In this document: piece after piece, positions 24,067 to 38,748 of the stretch | How the letters are laid out: every line of letters begins with the position of its first letter | Numbering within the stretch: the stretch's first letter is position 1 | Assembly (NCBI GenBank): GCA_951406725.2 | Contig: OX597817.1 | Coordinates: 158,410,001-158,474,000, forward strand | Direction: 5' to 3' | Source: Octopus vulgaris | Lineage: Eukaryota | Length of the DNA: 64,000 nt | Translations under genes and position numbers: made by a program | The notes under the pieces: generated by a model | The model's database searches: none | Told to the model about the DNA's origin: nothing | What the model saw: the letters and a program-made list of their open reading frames with translations, nothing else

Positions 24067-24248
24067 ATATATACATATTCAGTATGACGATCTTCTTTCA
24101 GTTTCCGTCCATCAAATCCACTCACAAGGCTTTGGTTGGCCCTAGGCTATAGTAGAAGACACTTGCCCAAGGTGCCACGCTATGGGACTGAACCCTGAAA
24201 CATGTGGTTGGTAAGCAAGCTACTTACCACACAGCCACTCCTGCGCCT
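23543..24248 (-). mobile_element. SINE family A, full length, with ~170 bp of AT-rich DNA inserted in its internal (TA)n
   Basis: Tail half at 23543-23790 and head half at 24080-24248 are collinear. Confidence 0.8.
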
Positions 24249-24528
24249 ATGTGTAATTTTGTGTGAGAAACTATTCGTTAAATAATGGTCTGAGTTTAAA
24301 GAAAAGGCAGTGACGATGGCACCTTTAGCTCTAGTTCTAAGACTGTTGGTTGAAGGGGAAGGAAGTGTCTATGACTTATGGCTTATGCTCACACTGGAGA
24401 CTTCTTCCACATGTCTGCAACAGATTGGATTCTGCTAAAAGTACCTAAGAGGTCAGGTGCCAGATTAAGTCCAATCCAGTTCCTCTTTTTGCCAAGTCAA
24501 GTGCGTTCTATTGATAATTTGTGTGTGT

Positions 24529-24622
<94 letters not shown>

Positions 24623-24720
24623 GTGCGTGTGTTGTGTGCGTGCGGTACGTTTGAGCGGTGTGTGTACGTGTGTGTTGTGCGCGCGCATGTGAGTGTATAC
24701 GCTTGTATACATATATGCGT

Positions 24721-24770
<50 letters not shown>

Positions 24771-27700
24771 GTGCATATGCATACATACATGCATACACAC
24801 CTATATAAATGTACGTATGTAGTTATTGTGGATTTCGAAAAGTTTACACTTACACACTCGGACACGTGTATGTATGTATGTATGTATGTATGTATGTATG
24901 TATGTATGTATGTATGTATGTATGTATGTATGTATGTATGTATGTATGTATGTATGTATGTATGTATGTATGTATGTATGTATGTATGTATTTATGTATG
25001 AATGTATGTATATATATGTATATATGCTTGTATGTATGCATATGTGTATGTGTGTATGTATGTATGTATGTATGTATGTATGTATGTATGTATGTATGTA
25101 TGTATGTATATATGCATGTATGTATATATGTATGAATGTATGTATATATATGTATAAATGCATGTATGTATGCGTATACATATGCATGTGTAAATGAATG
25201 TCTTTATCTATAGAAATGCTCATGTATATCGTTCAAATAATTCTATAATACACACTTGTATCCATATTTCCACATATTTATCAAAGAAGACCCACATACA
25301 TGCTTGCATATACACATGCACAGGTACACTTAAACGTTCTCACATCTCCATGCGCACATCCACATTCACACACACACACACACACATCCAGATTCACACA
25401 CACAGACATCCAGAGTCACCCCCACCACCACCACACACATGCAAGTAAGCATGTGTGTTAGACTTACTCTGCAATGCAATTTAGACTATGGATACGGAAG
25501 TACTTTATAAACGTTTCAAGTGAAAGGTGAAGCAGCACTTCAAGTGATAGCTGTGATTTACTGAGTGGAACGTCCAGCGTTTAATACACTCTTCGATTTT
25601 CATTAGATTCCAAGCGGCTGTAAACTATATCACAAACCAGACGACATACAATATCGTTCATACGCGCAGACACACAACGCATGCGTACGCACACTCACTC
25701 GCATGCACAGGCACACACGCATTCAACCGCTTCTGTTTGTCTACGTTTTCCTCTCATTCTCTCTCTTTTTCTCCCCTCTCTCTAGCACAATTGCGCTTCA
25801 ATCTTATTTCGCGAGGCTTGAAGTGTGAACAGCAACCGTCAATGAATTCAAACAAAGATGTAATGATTATCTTTACTTTTGCCAGAAGAAAGCTGCCACC
25901 GCCAATAACGCCACCGACTCCACTCCAGCGTTTGCAGCTCTTTCCTCTTAAATAAGTCTTTCAGCAAACGACGATAAACATATTAAAACGTTTTAGTTTG
26001 ATGATCGGCATAACTGTTTTAATAACAGCAGTGACATGCTGGTGTTGTCAGTCTACGTTGAGCAAACATCAACTTGATGACAAAATGATTTGATCACCAG
26101 TGATCAGTAACAGTAATTACAGAGGTGACATTAAAGTGGGGGATCGGTGGATTATATGTGGAACGACGGCGGTAGACATATACGGTAACTGGAAGAGAAC
26201 AAACAAGATGACGTGAAGAGATCTCGTGGAAGATCTTCATTCTTATTTTCACTGAATGCTACCGATTATTCGATTAATTCGACATAATATCGTCTGTTTA
26301 ATAAACTGGGGTACCTATCAATAACTGAATATGCGACTAATTTTCTTCGTGTCAAAACTCTGTCAAACGAAGCTATTGTCCAAATACTCTTATCCGACCG
26401 TCACATCTCTTCATTTATATCCCTTCAATATATTAATATCTTTCTAGCTTACTTAATCTTTTTACTTTCTTTCGAACCCCTACTCTGCCTTTTCGCTTGA
26501 ATTCTAATTATGACCAAACTGTTTAGATTTCAAGTTTTTGCCGAATCCAGGGGGCCAGATGATCGAGTTTTATTGGTGTATTAACAAAGATGGCGCGGAT
26601 TCAGGCGCGTTCGCCAATCATTTCGACGACCTAATCACCTTAGATTGTTGTTAAATGCTCGCGAATTCATAGAATTAATCACATTTTCCGGTTAGAAAAT
26701 ACCGTTTCCTTTTATGTTGCTTCCACGCCAAGCAATAGGCTATTTTTCACTTCACGCCACGAAAGTATGGGAGTGTACATAATTGTTTCGAGGGAAAAAA
26801 AAATTCTCGTCTGAGAATAACCAAGGCGGCTAATATAATTAAGTTGCCGGCCAGCAAACTGTCGGTCGTGACTATCTTTAATAGATCAGTTATGACTTGT
26901 TTTTCCTATCACTTACTCCCAGCATTTTCTTACCGATTATTCATTAATTTTTCTATCATTTTCTTAATTTAAACACCTACCCCCTCACACACAAACACAC
27001 ACACACACACATACACTCACACACATACATACATATATGGTTTTTCTCTGGGTATTTTTTTCTGTTTACATTTTAATTATTTGTTTACGTTGATTTTTTG
27101 TTTTCCCGTCTCATTGTCTAAGACTATTCTTAAACGTTCATGCAAGAATCTAAAACCATTAAGTGACCCTCAGACAAAGCAAACATGACCAAAAGAATAA
27201 AAGCTTTTCATGAAATCTTTTTAGCAACAATCTCGTGCAGTTTTTCGTAGGGAACTTTCGAACGATGTTTTTTGTATGGTAACTGGCTGCTTAACTCATG
27301 ATCACGGAGAATATTAGATTGATAGCAAAAACACCACACTACATTGCACCACTCAATAACCCGACTTGAATTATAACGTTACAAAAAGCGACATTTTCTT
27401 TTTTGTGCTGCAGTTCTTTTAATGAATGGTAACCAGTATAGTGTGATGTGGCGTTTTGAGTGAATAGATGCTAAAAAAACTGGTCTCGATTTCCACTTGC
27501 AGCCATTTCATTTATGATTTTTAATAGCTTTGGGAAAGTGTATGGATGACGAAACAAATTTATTGAAATAAAAATACAGCTACACATCCATAAATTTACA
27601 CGAACTCACACTAAGGGCTAGAAATTAAGTACCAACCAAATTTTGGTCTACCAACCAAAATTTAAAATGCGCACAGATACACGTGTATGCGTGTGCGTGC

Positions 27701-27812
27701 GTGTATGTATGTATGTATGTATGTATGTATGTATGTATGTATGTATGTATGTATGTATGTATGTATGTATGTATGTATGTGTCTGTCTGTCTGTCTACCT
27801 GTCTGCCTATCA

Positions 27813-27908
<96 letters not shown>

Positions 27909-27987
27909 GTCTGTCTATCTGTCTGTCTGTCAGTCTGTCTTGTCTGTCTGCCTGCCTGCCTGCCTGCCTGCCTGTCTGTCTGCTTGC

Positions 27988-28089
<102 letters not shown>

Positions 28090-28319
28090 GCCTGCCTGCC
28101 TGCCTGTCTGTCTGTCACCCATTTAATGCAATAAATGAGTTTATTGCATTGCAATTTAAAACACTTGTGTATTAATAATTTGGGTAGTATACCAACAGTA
28201 TATTGGATAAGTATTATCCCTTAGACCATATTCATTTGAATCTAAATTTTGCTGAACTTATATATATATATATATATATAAATACATACATACATACATA
28301 CATACTTTCATAAACATTA

Positions 28320-28812
28320 ACTCAAGGAATACTGCTGGAATATTCCCATCAATACTTCTGTCAAATGTAAACATAACAGGCCGGATATTGTTGTTTGGGA
28401 CAGAGGGGCAAAGGTATGTACCATCATAGATGTCAGCTGCCCTGCAGATATAAATATCGCTTTGAAAATCATAGAAAAAGAGGATATCTATGGACAACTG
28501 CACCGAAACCACCAGCTCCTATATCCAGACTATGAATTCATATTCATACCAATAATAATTGGAGTACTAGGTTTTGTTAGTAAATACTTAAAGAAGAATC
28601 TGGATGAAATGGCATTTTCAGAAAGAGAATTCGACCGGGTAATTCGTACATTACAAGTGCAATCTGTGAGTGGAACAGTAAAAATATGCAAGACTTTTCT
28701 CAAGTTCCAAATGGGAAATTATCTGTGTTAACTACATCCCAAATATGGAGTCTTGTATCTTTGTTGGAAACCGGTTCCCTTCTCTGTGGAAGATTTATAA
28801 TATTTAAAAAAA
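28320..28812 (+). mobile_element. R4/Dong-like non-LTR retrotransposon 3' end (restriction-like endonuclease)
   Basis: EYCWNIPINTSVKCKHNRPDIVVWD...IIDVSCPADINI...KEDIY...FIPIIIGVLG: RPD...D...K-type RLE motif; stop at 28731; A-rich end; 5' junction in a TA/TACA microsatellite. Confidence 0.8.
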
Positions 28813-28840
28813 ATAGAAGATAGCCACACACACACACATA

Positions 28841-29138
28841 TTAATGTATCATTAGGAAATTCTGCAAACACTAAAACTTTAAAATAAATGTTATATTGAA
28901 ACCGAGAATGAAGACCGCTGTAGACTTTATAGTGATATGAATAAAATGAAAGAATGTTTTGTTTTAGTAGTTATTACATTAAGGACTCGCTAAAAATCGT
29001 TATAGCTTGTCTATATTTTTCTTTTATTAACGATTGCTCCATATCAGCATAAAGTTTACAGTGGTCTTCTTTCTCTGTTTCATTGTAACCTTTATTTGAA
29101 TGTTTTAACATTTTGATAATTTCCTAATCATATATTAA
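28841..29138. mobile_element. Old fold-back element/MITE with ~100-bp imperfect TIRs
   Basis: TTAATGTATCATTAGGAAATT...GAAGACCGCTGTAGACTTTAT is mirrored by ATAAAGTTTACAGTGGTCTTC...AATTTCCTAATCATATATTAA. Confidence 0.65.
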
Positions 29139-29737
29139 GGCGGCGAGCTGGCAGAATCATTAGCACGTCAGGCGAAATGCTTAGCGGTATTTCGTCTGCC
29201 GTTACGTTCTGAGTTCTAATTCCGCGGAGGTCTACTTTGCCTTTCACCCTTTCGGGGTCGATAAATTAAGTACCAGTTACGCACTGGCGTCGATGTAATC
29301 GACTTAATCCGTTTGTCTGTCCTTGTTTGTCCTCTCTGTGTTTAGCCCCTTGTGGGTAGTAAAGCAATAGGTATTTCGTCTGCCGCTACGTTCTGAGTTC
29401 TAATTCCACCGAGGTCGATTTTGCCTTTCATCCTTTCGGGGTCGAGTAGATAAGTACCAGTTACGCACTGGGGTCGATATAATCGACTTAATCTGTTTCT
29501 CAGTCCTTGTTTGTCCCCTCTGTGTTTTGCCCCTTGTGGGTAGTAAAGAAATAGGTATTTCGTCTGCCGCTACGTTCTGAATTCAAATTCCGCCGAGGTC
29601 GACTTTACCTTTCATCCTTTCGGGGTTGATAAAATAAGTACCAGTTACGCATTGGAGTTGATGTAGTCGACTTAATCCCTTTGTCTGTCCTTGTTTGTTC
29701 CCTCTATGTTTAGCCCCCTGTGGGTAACAAAGAAATA
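29139..29737 (+). mobile_element. SINE B trimer
   Basis: Head-less units restart at 29370 and 29554 (184-bp period). Confidence 0.92.
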
Positions 29738-31712
29738 AATAATAGCACACGTTTCAATTCTTTAGATATTTAAGATAAATGAACTAAAATACGGCCAAAT
29801 TATTTTTGTTATATAAGCTTTGGTATCTGTCATGCAAGTGATTTCTAGATTGTTCCGTCTATCATAATGCAAAACACTAACTCATATAATGTAAGGATTT
29901 TTAAATATAACGTGAGATATCACGCATGGTAACGTAAATGTTATTCTTTATTTGTTTAGTGATACAAAAACAACAAAAATTTCAATGTGATATGACAGTA
30001 TTACATAGGCTCAGTTAAAAATAAAATAAAAAACAAAAACAAAATAAAACAAAAAGATTCTCCCCCCCCACCAAATCAATATTTCTTTTTCAGGCAGAAG
30101 GCCATATATTCATATATTTTTGTATTTGGTTTGGAGTATAGTCAATTTTACTTAACCCCGTTATATTCAGTTCTAACCATTGGCACAAGGCCACAGTTGT
30201 GTAGGGAAAAGAGAGAGAGAAAGAGAACTGAATGACTTCGTTAAAATTTATGGTTTTTATTCATTTTATTAACTCCAAGAAGGAAGAAAGACAAACTCAA
30301 CACTGATGAGATGGTGAGATAGTCATTCAAAATGAAACGAGACGAAGCTTATTACCGCACCGTGTTTAGACCGGTGCTTTATCATTTCTGTCACCCAACG
30401 ACTCTTGGTCCATGCGTTATTATAACTAGTTGATGAATGCCGATGTCGACCCTGTCAATGGGATTTGGACTTATAATCGTGAACTATAAGAAATAACTCC
30501 TTCAGAACTGTTCCTTTTTTTTTTTTTATCTCTTTCTCTCTTCTGTGTAAACATTTTCCTCCCCAACAAAACACATCTGTACGAACACGTCTTTTGTGTA
30601 GATAGATTGTCAGTTCATATGGTCTCCAGTTGCTGTGTATATAGCACCTAGATCATAACGTTCTATCGCCACGGTAATTAAAAATGAAGAGGGTTACAAA
30701 ACTGTTTGAAAGTGACCATCTATAAATAATTTCATCACAACATAATTTTGCTATCAGTCACTTGCAGGTTTCAAGTCTGTGTCTAGAGCCAAATCGGCGT
30801 CTTTCAATGAGTCGTCCGTTTTGTTTTTTTGAAAAGGGATTAATCCCTTGAGTTATCTGTCTCCAAATATGATGAGCGGGGCATGTAGAATAATCTATAA
30901 TGTCCAAGAACACACACACACACACACACACACAAACAATGACACCTTCAACAAAATGTGGCCATATTTAGTTTCCGTTCTTTGTTCATATACATGTAGC
31001 CTCAACTGTTTATTCAGATATTTCAAAGTCCAACTCTTCGGTTTTTTCCCCCCATAAAATTTTCTCGTTTTGTATCAAATTTCAAGGGAATTTCATAATA
31101 GTTTTTTTTTTCTTTTACTGGCATTACTGCTCTTATTTTAGTTATTTATTTGTGGTCGATGGGGAAATGCTTTGAAGAAAGTCTCACGTTTAGAATAAGT
31201 GACAAGAAGTACAGGCATTTTCACATAGAATCGTAGTGTGTGGGGAGATTGTAGTAAATAAGTATAGTGAAAAGGGAAACGTGAAAAACAGAACAGAACA
31301 AAATAAAACGACGAGGTTCTGTCTCGTTGCTGAAGACTGTCTTTGCTTTCGCTTGCATCACAATCTAAAGAATGTGAGAAAAATGTTATTAAGCGTGACA
31401 AATCTGCTTCACAAGAAGCGAGTTTTGTGTCACCGTTCAATCTGTGAATCCGAAACTGTGGTGACGAACATTAATTTTAACTTTACGGTATCTTACCGCC
31501 ACTGTTTTAAGTTCAGAGATATGTATCAAGTGAAGTGTGTAGGATTGATGGCCCTGTGTATATGTGCGTGCGTGAATGTGTGTGTGTGTGTGAGTGTGTA
31601 TGTTGTGTGTGTATGTTTGTGCATGTGTGTGTGTATTTAGCAGCATTTATAGCAGTTACATATATATATAATGATAATACTCAGAGCGAGTTATAAACAG
31701 TAGCGGTAACAC

Positions 31713-32032
31713 ATCGTGACGCATATTTGCCATTTGAATATGGCTAACCCTAAGGGTGGATGCTACTGTAGTTTGTAGCCCCAGGAAGATATCTCCTCCA
31801 GCTGGCTATAGACACACTATCTGTGCCATATCAGTATTTGTGAAGGGAAGTCAAGGGAAGTCATCCTTCCCGTCTTGAAGACGGGAAGGATGACTTTCCT
31901 TCACAAATACTGATAGGGCACAGATAGTGTGTCTATAGCCAGCTGGAGGAGATATCTTCCTGGGGCTACAAACTACAGTAGCATCCACCCTTAGGGGTTA
32001 GCCATATTCAAATGGCAAATATGCGTCACGAT
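31713..32032. repeat. Near-perfect ~320-bp palindrome
   Basis: Arms pair around GTCTT-G-AAGAC (centre 31877) with only a few differences and a 10-bp duplication in the left arm. Confidence 0.95.
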
Positions 32033-32925
32033 ATATATGTATATATATATATACAAATTCGCGCGCACGGACGCACGCACGCACGTATGTGTTTGTGTAT
32101 CTTGTCATTGTGGCTGCTGTTGAACTTCGTACAAACAACCTTACAACAGATATTCTTGCCGCTGATGTCGTTATGTAACGCCGTATAGCTATAGTGGAAC
32201 ATACTTATATCACGGAAGTAACCGATGGAATCTTACGGAGGTTACCGATTGAATTCAGTACAGCTGATATACAATACACGTAGGTCTCCAGTTGCTATGT
32301 ATGTAACAATAGGAATTCTCTGGGATCACTCCATAATTCGCTGTTTGATTGTTTGAAAATGCAATGTGTAATGATTGGAAAAAAGTGCAGTTTGGGAATG
32401 AAATGCATTCTAACAATTTTAAAAATAATGTCTGAGAATGTAGTGCAGCAATCTGAGAATCTTGTTATGGAGTGTTGTTATGTAATTGGACGATATGTAC
32501 CACCACGAAACGGTGTGGGAGTCGGAACTTGTATGAGAGTGTGATTTTGAAGTTGGGTTAGATTGTATGATTGTGCAATGAAGAAGATGGTTCGGAATGA
32601 AACAACTGGGCGCAGTTGATTGGACGCTGACAATTTGGCGAGGCCGATTTGACAGTCAGCCTGCTTTGGTGACAGTACTTTTTGGCACTGGAGGCAAAAA
32701 AAATACACACACACCCATGCATACAAACATACACTCGCGCATGTGGACGTGCACACACACACACACACAGACGCGCGTGCGCAAAAATATATACATACAG
32801 ACTGAAAGAGTGAGAGCGAAGTAGAAAGAGAGAGGGATAGATAAATATTACAATTCATTAATTGAGCACGATTGACATAAACACTTTCTCTCCATGCACG
32901 CAGAGAGAAATATACTTTCACACAT

Positions 32926-32962
<37 letters not shown>

Positions 32963-33234
32963 GAGAGAGAGAGAGAGAGAGGGACGGTGGTAGAGAATGA
33001 GAAAAGGAATGCATTCTTTAAACGTCTGATGTCAAATAAGTCAGCGTCGAATCATCGCCAAAATGGGCAGCGCCAAAATGGCTGTGCCAAAACGTCTCAT
33101 GCCAAAGTTATTGTATGTTCTATGATGACGATGCAGTGTGAAACTTATCGTACCTTGTTCGCATGAAAGTTGTATGTAGTTGTTAGAGTAAGTTGTGTCT
33201 GTATGTGTAAGTGTAAATGTTAGCGCAAAAGGTA

Positions 33235-33720
33235 TTTTGTGGAAGTTAAGTATAATGTTACGATATTGAGTGTACAGCGTGGAAGTTAAGATATTTTGTG
33301 TGTGAGGGTGGAATGTAGAAGTTAAGAGATCTTGTATAAGGGTGGAGTGTGGAAGTTAAACTATGTTGTATGAAGATGGAATGTGGAAGTTAAACTATGT
33401 TATATGAAGATGGAATGTGGAAGTTAAGATATATCATGTATAAGAACATGAAAATAAAGTATGTTGTACGTGTGGAAAATAAAGTATGTTGTACGTGGGG
33501 GTGAATTGTGGATGCTGTGTTGTATAAATGTGGAATGCAGAAGTTAGGGTATGTTATATTAGGATGGAATGTAGAAATTAAGATACACTGAATGAAGGTG
33601 GAATGTGAAAGTGAAAGTATAGTTAACTAAGCATGGAATATGAAAATTAAGATTTGTAGAGGAGTGACAAGCAGAAGTTATGGTATATTGTATATAAGAC
33701 TGGAAATATGAAACTTGGGT
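33235..33720. repeat. Degenerate ~35-40-bp minisatellite
   Basis: Recurring unit like GTGGAAGTTAAGATATGTTGTATGAAGATGGAAT. Confidence 0.8.
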
Positions 33721-33799
33721 TTTATTCTAGTTTTCTATCAAGTCTGTTTTCCATTGATGTTGTTGTTCTTATTATTGTTGCCACTGTTATTGTTGCTGA

Positions 33800-34216
33800 G
33801 GCGGCGAGCAGGCAGAAACGTTAGTGCGCAGGGCGAAATGCTTAGCGGTATTTCGTGTGCCTCTACGTTCTGAGTTCAAATTCCGCCGAGGTCGACTTTG
33901 CCTTTCATCCTTTCGGGGTCGATAAATTAAGTACCAGTTACGCACTGGGGTAGATATAATTCACTTAATCCGTTTGTCTGTCCTTGTTTGTCCTCTCTGT
34001 GTTTAGCCCCTTGTGGGTAGTACAGAAATAGGTATTTCGTTTGCCGCTATACATTCTGAGCTCAAATTCCGCCGAGGTCGACTTTACCTTTCATCCTTTC
34101 GGGGTTGATAAATTAAGTACCAGTTACGCACTGGGGTAGATATAATCCACTTAATCCGTTTGTCTGTCTTTGTTTGTCTCCACTGTGTGTAGCCCCTTGT
34201 GGGCAGGAAAGAAATA
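33800..34216 (+). mobile_element. SINE B dimer, ~165 bp downstream of the zinc-finger stop codon
   Basis: Junction GAAATA|GGTATTTCG at 34030/34031. Confidence 0.9.
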
Positions 34217-34379
34217 AGTTTCTGGTGCTGTTGTTGATGTTGTTGTTGTTGTGTATTGCTGCTGTAGTTGTTTAACGTTTGTCCAATGAGTGCTGCTGTT
34301 GTTGTTACTGTTGCTGTTACTATTCCTATTACTGCTGTTGTTACTGTTTTCTACTAGTGCTGCTGTTACCTGTTCAACT

Positions 34380-34509
34380 TCAGTCTTGAGTATGGACATT
34401 CATGTGGAATTTTAGTTCGTATGGTTGAGAAAACGTCTTTCCACATGTAGTGCACATGCACATTTTCTCCTTGGCATGAGTCCTTCGCACGTGACTGTCG
34501 TGTGCTGCA
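34380..34509 (-). CDS. PRDM14: Terminal coding exon (5' side lost in gap) of a C2H2 zinc-finger gene, PRDM14-like
   Basis: AAHDSHVRRTHAKEKMCMCTTCGKTFSQPYELKFHMNVHTQD*: end of one C2H2 finger plus a complete last finger. AAHDSHVRR(S/T)H is recalled as the penultimate finger of vertebrate PRDM14, which also ends shortly after its last finger. Confidence 0.8.
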
Positions 34510-34609
34510 NNNNNNNNNNNNNNNNNNNNNNNNNNNNNNNNNNNNNNNNNNNNNNNNNNNNNNNNNNNNNNNNNNNNNNNNNNNNNNNNNNNNNNNNNNN
34601 NNNNNNNNN
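34510..34609. other. Assembly gap (100 N)
   Basis: Run of N. Confidence 0.99.
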
Positions 34610-34871
34610 TATAGATATATAGATACATAGAAACGTACATACATACATTCGTATATGCTTGCACGCATACATACATACATACATACATACATACATACAT
34701 ACATACATACATACATACATACATACATACATGCATAGATGCATACATACATGTATACATGCATACATAGATACATATACATCACGTAGAAGCTGTCTTA
34801 CAAAAAAAACTGTTCGTATAAGATAAAATGAAATCTGCAAATGCTACAAGTACGTAAACATAAATACCAAT

Positions 34872-34907
<36 letters not shown>

Positions 34908-35130
34908 ACAAACGTGTTTGTCAGTGTGTGTGTATATACGCAAACATATATGCGTATATACATTCATACTTATTTGGTTTTATTTTTAGTTGTATTATGT
35001 ATATCAGTTATACGTCTGCAGTCATGCTGGAGCACCATGCATATATATGTGTAGAGTACACGTATATAAACATACATATATGATATATATTAAAAATGTA
35101 ATATATAAATAAATATAAAATATATGATTG

Positions 35131-35324
<194 letters not shown>

Positions 35325-35515
35325 AGTAGGTGAATGAATTATCCTAGTATTGGTAATTCGGTTAACCGATACCTGGGTACCAAATTCACGTCAGAAAACA
35401 CAGTTGAAGCTACATGACAAGGGTAGAAACTCCGTGTTCTTGTGTGGTAATTTGTGTAATATTTAAAATGAATAAAAGAATGGAGTCGAACGAAATCCTC
35501 GTTCGACTCCATATA

Positions 35516-35746
35516 CAGTGGCGGACTCGGTCTAAAAATATTGGTTGCCAGGAGACTAAGGGGTCCCAACCGCAACAACGGGAAGGTCCACCTGAAACTG
35601 CAATGCTATCATTTAAGTATTCTTTAAGTCTACAAACGGCCAGGCTGATAAAATGCATTCTTCCAGGAGTGAATAAAATAGATTCTAATGCCGCAGTAGC
35701 CCCCATGCCATGGGGCAAAGGTGGCAACCTGGCTAGTCCGCCACTG
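35516..35746. mobile_element. hAT-type MITE
   Basis: Perfect 12-bp TIRs CAGTGGCGGACT/AGTCCGCCACTG; 8-bp TSD TCCATATA/TGCATATA. Confidence 0.8.
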
Positions 35747-35749
35747 TGC

Positions 35750-35782
<33 letters not shown>

Positions 35783-35860
35783 TGTATGTATGTATGTATG
35801 TATGTATGTATGTATGTATGTATGTATGTGTGTATGTATGCATGCATGTATGTATGTATG

Positions 35861-35902
<42 letters not shown>

Positions 35903-36043
35903 CATAGGTATGTTGGTGTAAGCAGGAAAAATAGAACTCAAAATATGACGATATGAATATTTTTATTAATAATGATCAGAAGCAACAGTGACATCAGGTG
36001 CGAGAGTTTCGTGCGTTGGCACTTATATATGCATATACATATT

Positions 36044-36074
<31 letters not shown>

Positions 36075-36116
36075 CATAGATATATATATATATATATATA
36101 TATGTACATATATAGA

Positions 36117-36171
<55 letters not shown>

Positions 36172-36175
36172 ATCA

Positions 36176-36270
<95 letters not shown>

Positions 36271-36383
36271 TATACACACTTATATACATATATATATATA
36301 TAGGGAAAGTTTACGAAAGAAACAAAAGACGAAGACAGGTGGTGTACAAAACAAACAGATATATTAGTATAACGCTCGTATAT

Positions 36384-36441
<58 letters not shown>

Positions 36442-36544
36442 TTATTTATTTATATGCATATATACGATGGGCTTCTTTCAGCAAGCTCTTTATCACACAG
36501 CCACCATTGCGCCTATAACTAAATACATACATACATACATACAT

Positions 36545-36584
<40 letters not shown>

Positions 36585-37411
36585 ACATACATATATATAT
36601 ATATGCACATATATACCATATTTTAACGTGTATAAGGACCTTTTTTTTGTCAAAAATTTGGTTAAAAAAATATGGGAGTTCTTTTATACATGGATAGTAT
36701 TATAATCTTTTACAAAACTTTTTATAGAAATTTGAAGCTCTAGAATTAGGAGGTATATATGTGTGTGTATATATATAAATATATACATACACACATACAT
36801 ATATATATATGTGTGTGTGTGTGTGTGTTTGTAGAGATATATGCATATTTATATATGCGTATGAATGTATGTGTGTGTGTATATGTATATATATATATAC
36901 ATATACACATATATATATGTACACACACGCACACACACACATACACATACACAAACACTAACACACATGTATGTACCTATGTAGGGATGCATGTATATGT
37001 GTGGGTGTTTCTGTAGGAGATGGGGAAGAGACACACAGACACACAGACACACTCGTGTCATAAACGTGGGAGACCAAAATATTTATGGATACTTTCCATC
37101 CACCTGTAATATAGGTGCCCAACTCAGCGTAGGTAGGTTTTAGTTGACTCCGTTGTCATGATGAATACAAGACAATAACGGACGCAGTATTTTGCTGCTT
37201 TCTGCATTTTCTCATACGGGACGGAAGCTATTTGGAATCCGTTTGTGTTATCATCAAAAGAGACAACAGGAAATGGAGAACCCACTGCAGCGTGTGAAAT
37301 GCACTTTATACATACATACATACATACATACATACATACATACATACATACATACATACCTACCTACCTACATACCTACATACATACATACATACATACA
37401 TGCATACATGC

Positions 37412-37461
<50 letters not shown>

Positions 37462-37489
37462 CATACATACGTACATACATATACACATG

Positions 37490-37546
<57 letters not shown>

Positions 37547-37586
37547 ACATCTAAGTATATCTATCTATCTATCTATTCATATATAT

Positions 37587-37730
<144 letters not shown>

Positions 37731-38502
37731 ATATATATATATAAATCGTTACGTATCTTTATTTACATATATCTATATATTTATTTATATATATGTATAC
37801 ATGTATGTATGTCTCTCTGTCTCTTTATACACACACACACACACACACACACGCATATATATATATATACATACATACATACATACATACATTCATACAT
37901 ACATACATACATACATACATACATACATACATACATACATGTATATATACAAATATTTATTTATACACACAAAAGTTACATGGCGCTTTTAAGTTATTAA
38001 AGTCTGTATAGGGCACTATGAATTAATTCGGTTTGTCAACGCATTCTCAGATATGTATTTTAATTTGGTCAGACTAGCTGAGTCCTTGTGTGTCCACTTT
38101 AGAAATAGGTAAGCTACAAGTCTTCTTCGGTAAATATGAAATATATTCTTTCCTTGCTGATGCTGTAATAAGACTAAAAATAATTAGCATCGACCTATTC
38201 ATCCGTGACATTTCACAGGTAGGCTAATGTTGTATGTTTCTCAGAAGAAGGTGTACATTTCAATTGAAATTCTACTAAAACCAGGTGTGCACTGCATTAT
38301 GAATTTAGAAACATAATGACGAGTGTATATGTGAGTGTGTAAAAGCTGAGTTTATATATATATATGTGATGATATATACGAATAAATATATGCACATTGT
38401 ACATATGTATCTACGCTTTTTATTCATGATACATACACATACAATAAACATACATGCATACATACATGCATACATACATGCATACATACATACATGCATA
38501 CA

Positions 38503-38579
<77 letters not shown>

Positions 38580-38627
38580 ATATATGTGTGTGTGTGTGTA
38601 CATATATATATACATACATATATATAC

Positions 38628-38660
<33 letters not shown>

Positions 38661-38702
38661 CATACATACATATGTATATATGTATGTATATATATGTATG
38701 TA

Positions 38703-38748
<46 letters not shown>

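Noticed and set aside
31870-31910. Possible hammerhead at the palindrome centre (TTGAAGA-CGGGAAG...)
   Set aside because: No GAAA after the putative stem II.
32590-33110. Opposed clusters of TTTGGCG / CGCCAAAA motifs suggesting a DNA-transposon relic
   Set aside because: No clear TIR ends or TSD; too degenerate to call.
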